64,000 nucleotides of DNA from the human T2T-CHM13v2.0 reference genome, Homo sapiens. The position numbers and the translations under genes are program-made. The first letter of the stretch is position 1. Every line of letters starts with the position of its first letter. The notes under the pieces are model-generated. The model did not search any database. It was not told the origin of the DNA and was given only the letters and a program-made list of their open reading frames with translations. Positions 40,860 to 58,288 of this stretch are shown piece after piece. The stretch lies in assembly GCF_009914755.1 (NCBI RefSeq), contig NC_060942.1; one strand, 5' to 3'.

Positions 40860-41700
40860 TGCTGGTTGCACATCTGTAGGGCTGTCAGCCCAACTAATCT
40901 TTATCCCTTCTGAAAACTGCTCCATCCCAGTCTACATAATTACAGCAAGAAGAGTTATGAGGACATACCTGTCTGTCAGGCCAGAGTTGACTGGTCCAGG
41001 GATGGAATCCTGACCAAACTGGGATGTTCAGAGTCCCTCCAGGGAATTTGGAACTGGGACACTAGATCACTGGCTGGCATCAGTCTCAGTGATCTCTTGC
41101 AGTCACTGTAAATTTGAGAGCTGCGGGTCTAATATCCTATCTTGTGAATTGGGCATCAAAGAGGGCCAGGTCCCGGTGAGGAAGAAATGAGATAGGTATG
41201 CCAAGAAGGGCCAAGATGAGACATACTGGGAGGGGACTGTCTGCATGTCCTCCAGTGGTCTAGCCCCTGGCTACAGCCCACTTCTGAAGTCCTGTTGTGG
41301 GGTCCGTGGGAGATGGACTGAGCAAAAGTGAGGTGAAGGGTAACATGCATTCTCACATCCTGGAGGGTCTGGCAGTAAAGACATCACTGAAACCGTGGCT
41401 CTTTTCAGACTCAGGCTATGTACCCACCCAGTGTTAGGGAATTTAACAGTGAAAGAGCACTATGTTTTACATCAGTGTATTTTAGAGAAATACACTATAT
41501 GAATGTATTTCTAATATGTGTAGGTGTTAAAAGGTGGAGATAAAAACTTTAAGCCAGGGCAGAAAGTAGATAGAGAATAATAAATATGCCATGATGTAAT
41601 GAATCCTTTCTGCCAAAAGCCACTCATCTGAGATGGCTGAAGGATCAGAAATCCATTTGCCTTGATCAATTACAGGAGCAAAATTCTGACACAGCCTATT

Positions 41701-42001
41701 TCTCTCTCTCTTTTTTTTTTTAAGGGACGGGGTCTTGCTCTGTTGCCCTGGGTGGAGTGCAGTGGTATGATCATAGCTCAGTGCCGCCTTGTACTCCTGG
41801 GCCCAGGCGATCTTCTTGCCTCAACCTCCCCAGTAATATGATGACAGATGCTTACTACAGTGCCTGGCTATTTTTTTTTTTTTAATTCTTAATTCAGACG
41901 GGGATCTCACTATATTGCCCATGCTGGTCTCAAACTCTTGGCCTCAAGCAGTTCTCCTGCCTCAGCCTCCCAAAGTGCTGGGATGAGCCACTATGCCTGG
42001 C
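41701..42001 (-). mobile_element. Alu (AluJ-like)
   Basis: Diverged antisense Alu. Confidence 0.88.
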
Positions 42002-42875
42002 ATCATTTCTAAATCTGATTTTAGTTTGTGGATTATGTCTCCTCGTTGACTGGAATGGGGATATCAGGGAAGAGTGAGTGGTATCAGGGAAAACAGATCT
42101 CTGGAGCCTTCCCAAATATTTCTTGCTATGCAGCCGCTGTGTTTGCTATCGCCAGGAAAGGTTTTGATGCCTCTCAAGTCACAGCCAGATAACTGAAAGA
42201 GAGTCCTGGCATAGGGTTCCTACTCCCCTCCCCACAGCCTAAGAGTTCTGTCTACACACTCCTAGAGCACCATCCTTTCTGGGTCATGGAGTTTATTTCA
42301 CCATGGTGTCAATTTACTTGTCTGTTCCCTTCACACACTCTTTCTGGCCAGAGCTGTATCCCCAGTGAAAAATGTAGTGCCCAGTACATAACAGGACTTG
42401 GTAAGTATTTGTCAAATGAATGAATGCAAAGCAAATTAGTGGGGAGAGAGCGTAGAGTCAAGACCAGTGAGAAGGCAGATGTAGTAATCTTAGAGATCAT
42501 AGGAGTGTTTAGGGGGTGGGGACAGAATGAAGGGAGAGCACATTTCTACTGAGTAGGTGGCCCTCGAGGCTGCCTGAGTAGGGGCTCACACACCACTCAG
42601 TGCCACTGACCACTGAGGAATAGCAGGAAGCAAGTGGCCCAGACACTGACCTGGCACCTTCCCCAGCTGCCTGACCTGCAGACCAGGACAGACAATTTGG
42701 GGCATTTTTCATTCCTTATGATCAGACGACTCCTCGAGAGGCATTTAGCAAGAACAGGCCACCCCCAGCTCCCATCGTACCCACTGGCTGATTTGCAGTG
42801 TTGCTTTTCTCAGGGAGTCACTCCCCACATCTCCAGGACCCCTCTTTGCTGGGGTCATTCAGAACCTGCCTCTCT

Positions 42876-43168
42876 GGCTGGGTGCAATGGTTCATGCCTG
42901 TAATCCCAACACTTTGGAAGGCTGAGGTGGGAGGATTGCTTGAGGCCAGCAGTTCAAGAACAGCATGGGTGACATAGTGAGACCTTGTCTCTACAAAAAA
43001 TAAAAAGATGGGTGTGATGGCGCACACTTGTAGTTCTAGCTACTTGGGAGGCGGAGGCGAGAGGATCCCTTGAGCCCAGGAGTTCAAGTTTACGGTGGGC
43101 TATGATTGCACCTCTGCACTCCAGTCTGGGCGACAAAGCCAGATCCCATCTCTATTAAAAAGCAAAAG
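42876..43168 (+). mobile_element. Alu (AluJ-like), sense
   Basis: Perfect TSD agaacctgcctctct. Confidence 0.93.
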
Positions 43169-43739
43169 AACCTGCCTCTCTTCTCCCACTGTCCCTCAGA
43201 GGCAGCCAGCGGGGGGCCTACATCTGCACACAGGGTCTTCTGCCCGGAGTGCCATCTCCTGGCTGCTCTGAGCCTTCCAGGCCCAGCTCAGTGCCATCGC
43301 CTCCAGGAGCTTTTCTCCTCAGAGCACCCTTGCCATACCCGCCGACTCTTGTCACCTTTGGTACCTGCACAGGGATCTGCAGCTCACAGTGTGCTTTCCC
43401 AGCCGCTATCTCAAAAAAGGTCTCATCCATGCTCATTTTGCAGCACAGCACACAGGCCTGGGGAGGTCATGTGGCAGAGCTGGACCAGACCCAGGACTCC
43501 TGAAGCCAAGTTCATTGAACTTTCCACCCTTAGCACCTTGCTGGACACACTCATCCCCTCCACTAAGAAACACCTAACAATGGAGCCTGGATATTAGTTT
43601 CTTAGTCCTTCCTCCACACCACGCCCAGGATGATATTTTGTGCCAGGTGGTCAAGTGGTCAGAATGTTTGCTGAATTGAAGGTGGGAGGCAGAGGTTAAA
43701 CCCACCTCAGACTGGAGGCTCCCCACCTGGAGAGGTTGC

Positions 43740-45694
<1,955 letters not shown>

Positions 45695-46369
45695 TGATCC
45701 TTACTGCAAACCATTAGGGAAAAACTCCATGTTTTCATTGTGGCAGTGTTTGAATGTATGCAAAAGGAGGTGAATACCCGCGGCACACGGTGCGGGATGG
45801 GCTTGGTGAGGTTCCCTGGCACTGGGCTCCGGAATGGCAGGGCCAGACGTATAATCTCTGCAGTTTGACTCCTCTCTCCATGCTGTCCCCACACTTCATG
45901 GCACATGACATGTGTAATTATGTGGTGACATCTGCATCCTTCCGCCTGGCTTAGAAACAGGCAGCACCTCTGATCCTCAGGGTGGGGGCAGGAAGCCAGT
46001 GGCAGCTGGGGGGCTGTCTGCAGCCGAGCTGATGGGATGCTTCTGAGCATGGAGAGGACTGAGGCTGTGTCTCCCTGGGGTCTGATGGGCACAGATCCCT
46101 GGACAGCAAATCTCTGGGCAAGGGGACAGCATCAGAAACATTTGGAGAGCTTTTCTTATATATGTGCTGTGTACCTTATCCCAACCTATTCTAATACCAG
46201 CAGGGATAGGGAGAAGACAGGTGCATTTTGGAAAATTTCCCAGGCAAATCTGATACCCATCCATTCTCAGAGTGAGAACCACAGCCCAAGGGGCTCATGG
46301 GAGTAACAAGTTCGTGGGGACCCAGATCTGCTCACGGCTGAAGGTAACCACCTGCTCCTAGGGGAGCGT

Positions 46370-46590
46370 GGAGTCAGGGCTGTGTATACAGCCAGGGCTG
46401 GGAAGCCAGACTTCCCTGGTCCACCTCCTCAGGAGCTATTTGACCTTGGGCAAGTCACTTGACCCTGAAGTCCTCTGCCTGCTTATCTACAAAATGGAAA
46501 TCACGGAAGCCCTTACCTCAGGTGAGATAACTCACTTAGCACAGAATCTGACACACCACACTCAAGAATGTTAGCCACTGCTGTTATTTC
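46370..46590 (+). mobile_element. MIR
   Basis: tgaccttgggcaagtcacttgacc...tatctacaaaatgg..ttagcacagaatctgacaca. Confidence 0.75.
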
Positions 46591-48581
46591 CAATGGTGAC
46601 ATCAGACAAGGGTGAAGGGGAAGGAATATTCTCTGCTCTGGGGCTCAAGCGAGCTGCAGACTCTTCTCCCTCCTTCACAGGCGAGATGCCAATGGCTAGA
46701 GGCTCCTCCGGAAATCCAGCCCAGCCAGATCTCCTTTCAGGCTGGAGCTGGGACCACCCTCCTTTGTCTGAAGCTGGGGAAACTGGTTTGGGGAACCGGA
46801 GAGTCTCTAGTGTCACCCGCGCTCTGTCTCTTCTGGGGGCTGTTCTCAGTGAGGGGAGAGCCATACAGACAGGCATTCCTTTTCAGCATGAACAGGTGGG
46901 AAGCCTGGAACCAGAGAAGGATGCTGGGGGGCTGGGGGTGGGTTTGGCAGGGCTGTGAAGGAGGCACATTCACAGACTCCCCAGAATCCCCTCTTCCCTC
47001 TTTTTTGGCAGCCCTGATCCCCAAGGTGTGCAGGCACTCACACTACGAAAGCGCCCTCCATGCAGGGGAAAAGGGCTCAGTCAACCACACCCATTAAGTG
47101 TCGCATTTAAGATGGGGCAATACCTTGTAGTGATTTTGCAACTGGCACCAGAGCCCTTTCTTCAAATGTTCCTTACTCAAGTGCTCAGACTGGAAAGAGA
47201 CTGGGAGCTTGGCATCATCCCTGCCACACACACAGCAGTCCCAGGGGTACCCCTTGGGTCCCTGGGGCTAGGGAAGCATGACCAAACAGCAAAGGAGAGA
47301 TGATTGCCAGGGAGTCTCAGCCACAAGAGCCTCTGAGGCCCATCCACTCCCTGTCCCCTTCCCCTGGGAGCCAACCGCCCCCCACCCCCCACTCCTGGAG
47401 CCAAGAAAGGCAGAGTCAGCACTTGAACTCAGAACCCTGTCACCAGATTTCTGTTGCGCCCTTGGTGGTGGGGACTGAGGGGGAGCCTTCTCGTCTGCCC
47501 ATCCTGCCAGGCTGGCTGCAGGCCTGAGGACCCACTCCGGTGTTTGAGCATGGACCGTGTGCCAGACCCTTCCTGCCCCAAACCTGAGGTCTCCAGCCCT
47601 TGTCTGGGGGTTTTCTGTTTCCTGGTCCTGGGAGCTTGCAGGAAGGGGACAGAAATGAAGATCTAACCCCACCTATTCCCAACACTCTTGCCTCCCTGCG
47701 CCAGGGATTAGGGATGAGAGCACTTTAGAGTCAGGGTCCCCAGAGCCCAACTGGGCTGATGAGATGAACTGTCACTCCATATTATCCCTCCTGTCCCTAC
47801 CATCACTCCCTCCTGTACCCTGAAATGCTACTGGAGGTCCCACACTCTCTGCTGTGTTTGCCGCGGCCACCACCCCCAACAAACAAATCCCTCTGAAATT
47901 GATCCAGCCAGGCTACTGGGCAGCCCCTGGCTGGACACATGAGAACCACAGCATGCATTTTATAAATGTGACCAAGGAGGAAGGCCCTGCTGGAGCAGGG
48001 CAGAAGGGGCTCTAGTGTTGAAGGCCTCTGGTGCTGCCCTCTGAGTTAACTCAACCCCCAGGTCCTCACACATCCCGTGTCCTGGACACCAGCCTCCCTG
48101 TTCTATCCTCGGATCCATCTGATGCCAAAGCCAGTGTTCCTTCCTCCCCACACACAGCAGTCAGAAGTAACAGATTTGATGTACGCACGGCCAAATGGAG
48201 GAGCTTAAAACAGAGCCGAGAGAAGAAAGTCAGCGTGAGATGCACAACACAACCCATTTACATTAATTAAAATAAATGTGCCCCAAACGAGGATGTGCAT
48301 GTATAAAAACATGAAGTCTGTTAGCAAGGTGCCCCATGGAGCAGACAGGAAGAGAGTAGGGAGTGGGGTCAACAAGAAATCAGAGAACAAAGAGAGAGAG
48401 GGAGTGAGAGAGAGAGGGAGAGGAAAAAGGAAGAAAAATGAAAGCAAGCAAACTCTTTAAGCCACTTCTGAATGTTTCCTCTGGGAATAAAATTTGGATT
48501 TATTTAACATATATATATATTTTTTTCACATAAAATAAAGCCTATACGATTTTCAAAAATGGAAAATTGTTTTGGTCAGTG

Positions 48582-48883
48582 TTTTTTGTTTGTTTGTTTT
48601 GAGATAGGGTCTCTCACTCTGTCGTCCAGGCTGGAGTGTAGTAACACAATCACAACTCAATGCAGCCTCAAATTCCTGGGCTCAAGTGATCCTCCCGCCT
48701 CAGCTTCTGGAGTTGCTGGGACAGGCGTGCGCCACCACATTCAGCTAATATTTTATATTTTTGTAGAGTTGGGGGTCTCGCTGTGTCGCCCAGGTTGGTC
48801 TCAAACTCCTGGCCTCAAGTGATTCTCCTGCCTCGGCCTACCAAATCTCTCGGACTATAGGCATGAGCCATACCACACCAGGT
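48582..48883 (-). mobile_element. Alu (AluJ-like)
   Basis: Antisense Alu. Confidence 0.9.
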
Positions 48884-48908
48884 CTTAGTTAGGCATTTTT
48901 TAAAAGCA

Positions 48909-48911
<3 letters not shown>

Positions 48912-48943
<32 letters not shown>
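48912..48943. repeat. (TG)n microsatellite
   Basis: Direct observation. Confidence 0.95.
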
Positions 48944-48945
<2 letters not shown>

Positions 48946-49688
48946 CTTTCTCCTGAAGGCTGTTTCATGGCTTGCAGGGCAAAGGGCAAAGGACTGATAG
49001 AATGTTCTCTTTAAAACGTGGTAGAAACAAAGAAAAGAAGTCCCTCTGTGCATAGGAAGGGACAGGTGTGTCTGAGCTGATCCCATGCCATTACAGTGGC
49101 CGCACTGCCCCTGTATCAAGGCCACCTGCAAGTGGAATCAGAGAGAGTCAGAATTTGACCATGTGAAGGTACGAGACGATTCCAGGGTGATACCTGAACT
49201 AGAAAAAGAAAAAAAGAGGATGGAGAATTACACACACTCTGCACTGGAGAGTTACTCTCCAATGAAGAAGAGGAGCCCCATAGACTAAATGACTCCAGAA
49301 CGTTTCACAAAGCAAGCATGAACCAAATAAGTGAGCCCTCACTGAGGTCTTGCATGGTGGGTTGTGGTCAGAGACTGCCAATCCAGGAGGCTTCCTGAAG
49401 GAGGCGAGCACCAGAAGCCAGAAGCACCAAGCCAGAGGCTGAGCAGGCTGGGCAGGAGTGCTGTGCACTCTGGAAGCAGGGGTAGCTGGTTTGGACCCCT
49501 TCATCTGCAAGAGGGCATGCGAGACCTCCTGCGTACACTCCTTTGATTGGTCTCTCTGAGTACCTTTGAAAGGGGCATGAGTCTGAACCTGGAGCTGGGC
49601 ATTGTTCTTCATGCCCTGTGGAGGAGGCTCCTCTAGGGGCAAGTGTGGTGGGCAGGCTGGAGTCTCCTCCTGAGCCAGCCAGTTCCCA

Positions 49689-49691
49689 TGT

Positions 49692-49728
<37 letters not shown>
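49689..49728. repeat. (TG)n microsatellite
   Basis: Direct observation. Confidence 0.95.
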
Positions 49729-49729
<1 letters not shown>

Positions 49730-50059
49730 ATGCACAGGCAAGCACCTGTGTACACATAGCCATGAGGGAAGGGGTGGTTAGGGCCCAAATTTACCCAGTG
49801 AAGAAAGCCCAAGGTTGCAGTTTTTGTCACCAGGAAATATGGAGGTGCAGGCCAGCAAACCTCTTGGAGGACCCAAGAGAGCAGGCTCAGGTTTATAGAA
49901 GCCATGGTCAGCAGGGGAGGGGCCTGAGGCCTGTCACTTGGCAGGACCCATTAAAGAGAAAAGGGCTCAGGGCCCCAAGTACGTGGAGGAGTGGCCACCA
50001 CCTCCAGGAGCATGAGTGGAAATGATGTGTGTCCCTGGTGGGAATTTGTGGGCTGGGTT

Positions 50060-50375
50060 TTATTTATTTACTTATTGACAAATAAAAATTGCATATATTT
50101 ATGCTATACAGCATGATGTTTTGAAATATGTAAACATTGTGGAATGGCTAAATCACACTTATTAATATATGTATTACCACATGCACTTATCATTTTTGTG
50201 TATGTGGTGAGAACACTTAAAATTTACTTCCTTAGCCATTTTCAAGTGTCCAGCATTTTATTAACTATAGTCACCCTGTTGTACAATAGCTCTCTTGAAT
50301 GTATTTCTCCTCCTAACTGAAATTTCATATCCTTTGATAGACATCTCTCTAATCCCGCCCCCTCCCCACCCCAGG
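50060..50375 (-). mobile_element. L1MA-like 3' end
   Basis: ttattgacaaataaaaattg...gtggtgagaacacttaaaat...ttattaactatagtcacc. Confidence 0.85.
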
Positions 50376-51749
50376 CTGGGGCTTTTAAGAAGTGGGTGTG
50401 CCTCCTCTAAGTTTTCTTTCCACTGCACAGTTGCAGACCACAAGGCCTTAGGCCAGGGTTGGTGGAACCACAGAAGAGAATGAGCTTGGGTGCCTGAATC
50501 ATCACAAGGAAGACAGCTGCCCCCTGACGGGACTTGGACTGTGCCTTGGACTCGGACAGGAGAAATAGATTTCTACTGTGTTCAAGCCTCTCTGCATCTA
50601 GGGCCTGGTTATCTCAGCTGTTTACCTGCCCTAATACTCAGCATTCCCAGGCTTGTACCTGCACACATCATTACCCCTGTTGAGTCTGTCCCTGCTTAGG
50701 CCTCCATAGTTGCTGGACTCCTCCATCCATCCACCCATCTACCCATTCATCCTACAAATGCTGTTGACTTTTTTTGGATGTGCACACTGTGCCGGGTGCA
50801 GGACTCATGTCTTCCTGTGTTGCTCACACTCTTCACTGCCTCTTCAGCTTCTCTGAATCCCCCTCAATTTTCCCAGTCTACTTCAGACCCGCTGCCTGCT
50901 CAGAAGCCCTCCCTGAGCACTGCAGGCCAGGCCTTTGACAGCTTGATCCCTCACAGACTGGCCAGTCCATGAACCCATTCCTGGATTCTTTCCTGGGGGG
51001 AAAAATGGGGGAGACAGGGATGTGGATCCTCCCAGACTGGGATAGTAAAAGTCCCAGGTCGCAGAGAGAAGGTGAAGGCTAATTTTAGCTACAAACCCAC
51101 GGATTTCAGGCACGTGGAGGAAACAGGACCTCTTGGTAATGGATTACATTTCTCCTGGGTATGAGCCTCTATGTACTCTCTCACTCTTCTCTTGGACACA
51201 CAGGCATGCGTGTGTGCACGCACGTCTTCAGACCCACAAACAAGATAGTGAGGCCAGTTGTGCCTGAAACAGCTGAGAAGTTGGGTCCTCACCCACGTGG
51301 GTAAGTGAGAGTTGCTGCGGCAGCTGGCAGACCTTGGTGGACCACACACCAGGCAGAGCTGGGACTCCAGGGAAGGATACTGGGGTGACCCTGGAGGAGG
51401 TCTAGGTGGGAGAGTCTGAGCTCAGTTCCAAGCCTGGGTGTCAAAGGTGCTGGAGAGAGTCATGGAGCGGGGCTCTGGCCTTTCCCCACTGGGTCTATTT
51501 GCCTTTCCATGTTTTGTAGTTTTGATAGTTAGCTTTCTAGAGGTCACCTCCTCCATGAAGCCTTCCTGAATTCTATCAGGCAGAGAATTCCCTCCCACCT
51601 TTTTCATGCCCCTATTACAACCCTGAGGTAGTGGTGTCATAGTTTATCTTTCTTTCTAAACTATGGCTGTCCCAGACCCAGGACTCCTAGTACCCAGTAT
51701 GGCACCTGGCACAGAGAAGGCACGCAATACACAGTAATAATAAAATGAG

Positions 51750-53389
<1,640 letters not shown>

Positions 53390-53390
<1 letters not shown>

Positions 53391-53600
53391 GATCCCTCAT
53401 GTATTGTGCACTTAACTGTGCATTGGACATTGCCAGTACCCTGCATCTGTTGTCTCATTTAATCCTCACAACACTCTGAAACCAGAACTTCGTCATTCCC
53501 ATTTTACTAATGAGGAAACTGAGGCTCAGTGAGGGTAATTACTGGTTGTATCTGCCAGTGATCTTGGGATAATTTGAAGCCAGGTCTGCCTGACCCTAAA
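53390..53600 (-). mobile_element. MIR
   Basis: tctcatttaatcctcacaac...cccattttactaatgaggaaactgaggctcag. Confidence 0.85.
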
Positions 53601-53635
53601 ATCTTTTGTCCTTACCCACTGCCTCTACCAAAAGG

Positions 53636-53674
53636 TTGAATGAATGAATGAATGAATGAATGAATGAATGAATG
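53636..53674. repeat. (GAAT)n microsatellite
   Basis: Direct observation. Confidence 0.9.
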
Positions 53675-54994
53675 ACTAAGGGACCCAAATAGCACTTTGT
53701 CATTTCTCCCTAGCCATGCCATGGGACTTTCTCTACTCTGTGCCTTGGTTTTCGTATCTTTACAATAACTCCCTGCCTCACCAGTGTGTGTGCCATCTGC
53801 TAGTGCGGTGATGGTGGTGAGTGTGGCTTGGCAAACAGAAGAGCTGTTCTCCACGCGTTCCAGGGGCTGTAGCTTGGCCAGGGGGAGGGCACAAGGGAGC
53901 CTGCAGACAGAACAAGGACTTTCACTAGGAGTGGGGAGCAGCAGGAGATGCCGCACACACACAAAGTGGCAAGTGGGGCTCACTCACCCTGGCCAGCAGG
54001 TGTGTGGGGGAGATGGCGGACAGGATGACATTGAAGAAGTGACTGGGTTGCTGTTGAGCAGAGGGGGACACTTCTTACTATAACTCCTGACCTCCTTCAG
54101 GCCCCCCGCCAAGGAGATGTCAACCCTGTTCAGGGAGAAACTGTCTCCATGTGTCCTGATTGGTTTATTTCTTCTTGGAGTCAGATGCAGGCAGGAATTG
54201 TTCAGCTCATTCCTCAGCGGAATGAAAGAGACAGGTGGGCTGGTCCCAGGTGCTCAGATACCTTCCAGTACACCTGGAGGGCTGTAGGACAAATGCCCTG
54301 TGGGCGAGAGCAGGTGGGGCTCATGTTCAAACCCAGGGATGTTCACGTGTGATGTTGTATCTGCAGAACCGCCATCAGCAAAACAATAAAGAAAAGGTGC
54401 TCTGATCTAAGCCCAGGGAGAGGGGGTGTTGGACGCCTCCCCATCCCCTGTCCCCCGGAGGGCGGCTGCTCAGCCCAGGAGAGCAGAATGAAAACCATGC
54501 CCCGGTCGGCCAGTAAAAGTCTTCATTCTCCCCTGCTGCCTCCCAGCTGCTCCACCCACCATGAGGCTGGCCCAGGCATTCCATTAGTTTGGTTTCCCCT
54601 CGACCACCACAGGAGTAGGGCGTTTGGACATACATCCTAATATTTGCCCCAGTGTATCATCTCTGCAGCTAGACTTGGGGGCTTCCTCCTGGAAGATGCC
54701 AGGAGATGATAGGGAGGGGTTGAGGGAGACCCCCACTAATGATCTATGATCCGGGGAAGAATGTCTGTAGTCGTCCTGAGATGGAGGTGGACTACCCAGC
54801 TGACCAGAAATAGGTCCACCCGCCAGACCTCTTGCAGACCCCCCTTCAACCAGCACCGGGCAAAGGAGCATGTTCCTTGTTCTCCACTCTCTGTGGAGTG
54901 GGTAGAAGGTGAGACAGCTGCATGGGGAGGGTACATGAGATCCTGAGTATGGTCCATGAGTGATTCCCATCCTGTTCCCTCAGGTCCGGTCCTG

Positions 54995-55087
54995 ACCCAT
55001 CCCATCCCCTCCCATTCATTCAACCCCATCGCACCCCATCCCACCCCGCCCCACTCTGCCCCATCCCATTCCCATCCCACCCCATCA
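54995..55087. repeat. Degenerate (CCCAT)n simple repeat
   Basis: Direct observation. Confidence 0.85.
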
Positions 55088-55166
55088 TCTTTAGCTCCCC
55101 GGGAGCACTTCCACTAGCTTTTTCAGCTTCTTCAATCCCCACCCTCTAAGGAAACCAAACCTGAAT

Positions 55167-55741
55167 TGAAACTAAGAGGAAACTTAACAAAAGTTTGCAA
55201 AAGAGAAAGGCAGCCTCTGAGAGGCTGAGCTGGCCGGCCCTCCTCCTTGAACAGAAACAATGACAAAGAACAACAATGTCAAACAAGGCTGATTTGTGAC
55301 CGTGACAGACCACGACAGAAATAAGACCCCTCCACATGAGCACAGACAAAAACAAGAATACTAGCTGAACCACAGAAATAAACCAACATCTGCCTCCCCC
55401 AGCCGATGGGAGGGGCTACGGCTTCTTTACCCAATACAGCGTTAGCACTGCTTCATTCCTCCGCTTCTAGGTCAGAATCCTAAAGATACTCTAATGTCCT
55501 CGATCATAGAATTCTCCTGCTCCCTGACTGCAACCAGTGGAGAGGAAATCCCCACTTCTCCGAACCCTTCCCAAAGTCACCAAAGAAACACAAACCCTGC
55601 AACTTCCTTCTAACACAACCCTCCAACCGGGATGCGCCATAGCTCCCCAGGGGTGTGGTCTCCCCCGTCACAGCTGCATCAATAGATGTAGCTCTGGTTG
55701 GCTGCAGGTGTCTTTCCAGCGGTCCCTGACTGATGGCATCA
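55167..55741 (+). mobile_element. Probable ERV1 solo LTR (MER90-like)
   Basis: Starts TG (tgaaactaagaggaaactt) and ends CA (gatggcatca). Internal text is reminiscent of MER90. Confidence 0.5.
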
Positions 55742-55991
55742 GCTGGCTCAAGGGTGCTCATCATGAGAGCAAGTGTCTTTCATACAGCGCACCAAGTCAG
55801 GAGCCCTTCCTTCCAGCCTCCAGTCATGTCTCTGCCACCAGCTACATGACCTTGAGCAGGTCCTTAACCTGGGAGTCTCGGCATCTCCGGCTGCAAAATG
55901 GAGCAAGACTTGCCTTGCTACCACTCCCGGAAAGGGAGGATGGTGTGAGACACTGCCTGTGAAGGTGGCTAGGAGGAGTCTGACCCTTGCA

Positions 55992-56113
55992 CAGGGTCAC
56001 CGTGGAATTTGCTTTCAACTTCTGAGAGTGAAAAGAGACATTATTGATAACTACAGTGAGGCACAGGTATAAACCAGGCCTCTCCCCAGCAAAATGAGAG
56101 GAAAGGTGACCCG
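55992..56113. mobile_element. hAT-Blackjack MITE (MER94-like)
   Basis: TIRs gggtcacc / ggtgaccc. Internal tgagagtgaaaagagacattattgataac. Confidence 0.7.
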
Positions 56114-56176
56114 CCTCAGAGGAGCTGTGGGAAATGAAGGCAGAGAGGGTGTGAGGTGCCTCTGGGAGTTGATGAG

Positions 56177-56632
56177 TGTAGTGGGGTGAATGAGGGCCCC
56201 CCAGAAGACATGCACATGTCCTAGCCCTCAGAACCTGTGAATGTGACCTTATCTGAAAAAAGGGTCTTTCCAGATGTAATTAAATTAAGCATCTTGAGAT
56301 GAGTCATCCTGGATTACCTAGGTGGTCCCTAAATCCAATGACAAGTGTCTTTATGGAAACAGAAGAGGAGAGAAAACCCAGGGCACAGAGAAGCCAGGGG
56401 AAGATGGAGGCAGGCACTGGAGTGCTGTGGCCACAAGCCAAGGAAGCCTGGAGCCACCACGAGCTGGAAGAGATGGGAAGGATTCTCTCCTAGATCCTTT
56501 GGAGGAAGTCCAGTCCTGCTGACATCCTGATTCTGGACTTCTGTCTTCCAGAATTGTGAGAGGATAACTTTTTGTTGTTTTAAACATCAAGTTTGTGGTG
56601 ATTTGTTACGGCAGCCCTGGAAAACAAACCCA
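56177..56632 (+). mobile_element. MaLR solo LTR (MLT1C-like)
   Basis: tgtagtggggtgaat...aacctgtgaatgtgacctta...ccacaagccaagga...gtttgtggtgatttgttacggcagcc. Confidence 0.9.
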
Positions 56633-57074
56633 GTGGGCAGGGGGGCCTTTAAAGACACTCTCCCTGGATGCTCTGTCCCTCCCAGGGACTCTCTCTGGAA
56701 TTGCATTATTCAGTTGCAACAGAGGTCACCCGCTACCTCCCACCTCCTGGCCCGGGTTTCAGCCTTGCCCAGGGAGGAGGTAGGGCTCCAGGCCTGCAAG
56801 CATCTCTCCCAGAGTGCTGAGCCCCAGATTCACACCTTGCTCCAGCTGTGGGGAGGGGGCAGCTGTCTAAGCAGCTGAGGATCTGAGGATTGCTCTTGTG
56901 TGGCAGAGAAAGAGCCTAATCCACTATGTTTTAGGGGCATCTGGCCAGGCTCTGGCCCAGGACTGGAGAAGCTGTGGGAAGTAGGTCCGCAGGTCTGCCC
57001 AGGAGCCAAACGAAAGCAGGGGTCAGGGGAAGGAGCAGCGGAAGGTGGTGAAGTCAGAGGCCTGTAACCTCCCC

Positions 57075-57388
57075 TTTCTTTCTTTCTTTTTTCTTTTTTT
57101 TTTTTTTTTTGAGACAGGATCTCTGTCACCCAGGCTGGAGTGCAGTAGCAAAATCTCAGCCCACTGCAACCTCTGCCTCCTGGGCTCAAGCAATCCTCCC
57201 GCCTCAGCCTCCTAAATAACTGGGACTACAGGTGCTTGCCACCATGCCCAGCTAATTTTTGTATTTTTGGTAGAGATAGGGTTTTGCCATGTTGGCTAGG
57301 CTGGTCTCGAACTCCTGAACTCAAGCAATCTAACTGCCTTGGCCTCCCAAAGTGTTGGGATTACAGGCGTGAGCCATTGTGCCTGGCC
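57075..57388 (-). mobile_element. Alu
   Basis: Antisense Alu. Flanking acctcccc repeat. Confidence 0.92.
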
Positions 57389-58169
57389 ACCTCCCCTATT
57401 ATTACTTTTAAGAGGATCTAATAAACTGGCTTATGCCTAGACCTGATTACAGCACTTCCTCTCCCCGGGGATGGGGGCAGGAGGCAATGCCGGAAACGAT
57501 GCCTCAAATTTAGGGTGGAATTTTGGGTATTACACAGTGTTCCTCCCTCCCCTTTCCCCATCATACTCATCATGCTCATCACACTTTTGAACTAAGGTCC
57601 AAAATTCCTTCATGGATGCAGATAAGATCTGTCATATCCTGCAGTATCTTTTAATATGAAAATCCCTGAGATAGAAGCACCTGGGGCCCCTGTATGGATT
57701 CCCTGATGGAGGCAGAAGGTCCCTGGAAGGGAAAGACAGGAAAAGAGAGAAGGCATCCAAAGGGAAATTCCGTTTTCTCCCGTATTTCAACCTGGGCCAT
57801 GCCTGGTGCCAAGGCTGCAGGAAAAGTTAGCAATGATGGGAAATGATGGGATTTGCATTTCCATTTCTAGTGGTTTCCTCCTTTCTCCACCCATTTTCCA
57901 GCCTTGCTCTTCTAAATTACCTCCTGTTTTCCCCAAAGCTAGAGCTCTGGAGCTGGGCTGCTCAGAGAATGTCAATTACAGTCTCCATTTTGAGGAAATT
58001 TACAATGGGAAAGGCTAGAAGGAAACATTTAATTTAAAAAACTTTTACATATAAGCATTTACTCTTTGTGGTGTATCGTTTTAAGGGTTTTGGCCAGTGC
58101 ATACAGTCATATACTTACCACCAGTGGCCCGACACAGTTCCATCACCCCAAAATTCCATGTGCTGTCCT

Positions 58170-58288
58170 TTATTTTATTTTATTTTTGAGACGGAGTCTG
58201 GCTCTGTCACCCAGGCTGAAGCACAGTGGCATGGTCTCAGCTCACTGCATCCTCCGCCTCCCGGGTTCAAGCAATGCTCCTGCCTCAG
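58170..58288 (-). mobile_element. Alu 3' fragment, abruptly truncated
   Basis: T-rich tail, then gagacggagtctggctctgtcacc..., stopping at cctgcctcagg. Confidence 0.85.
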
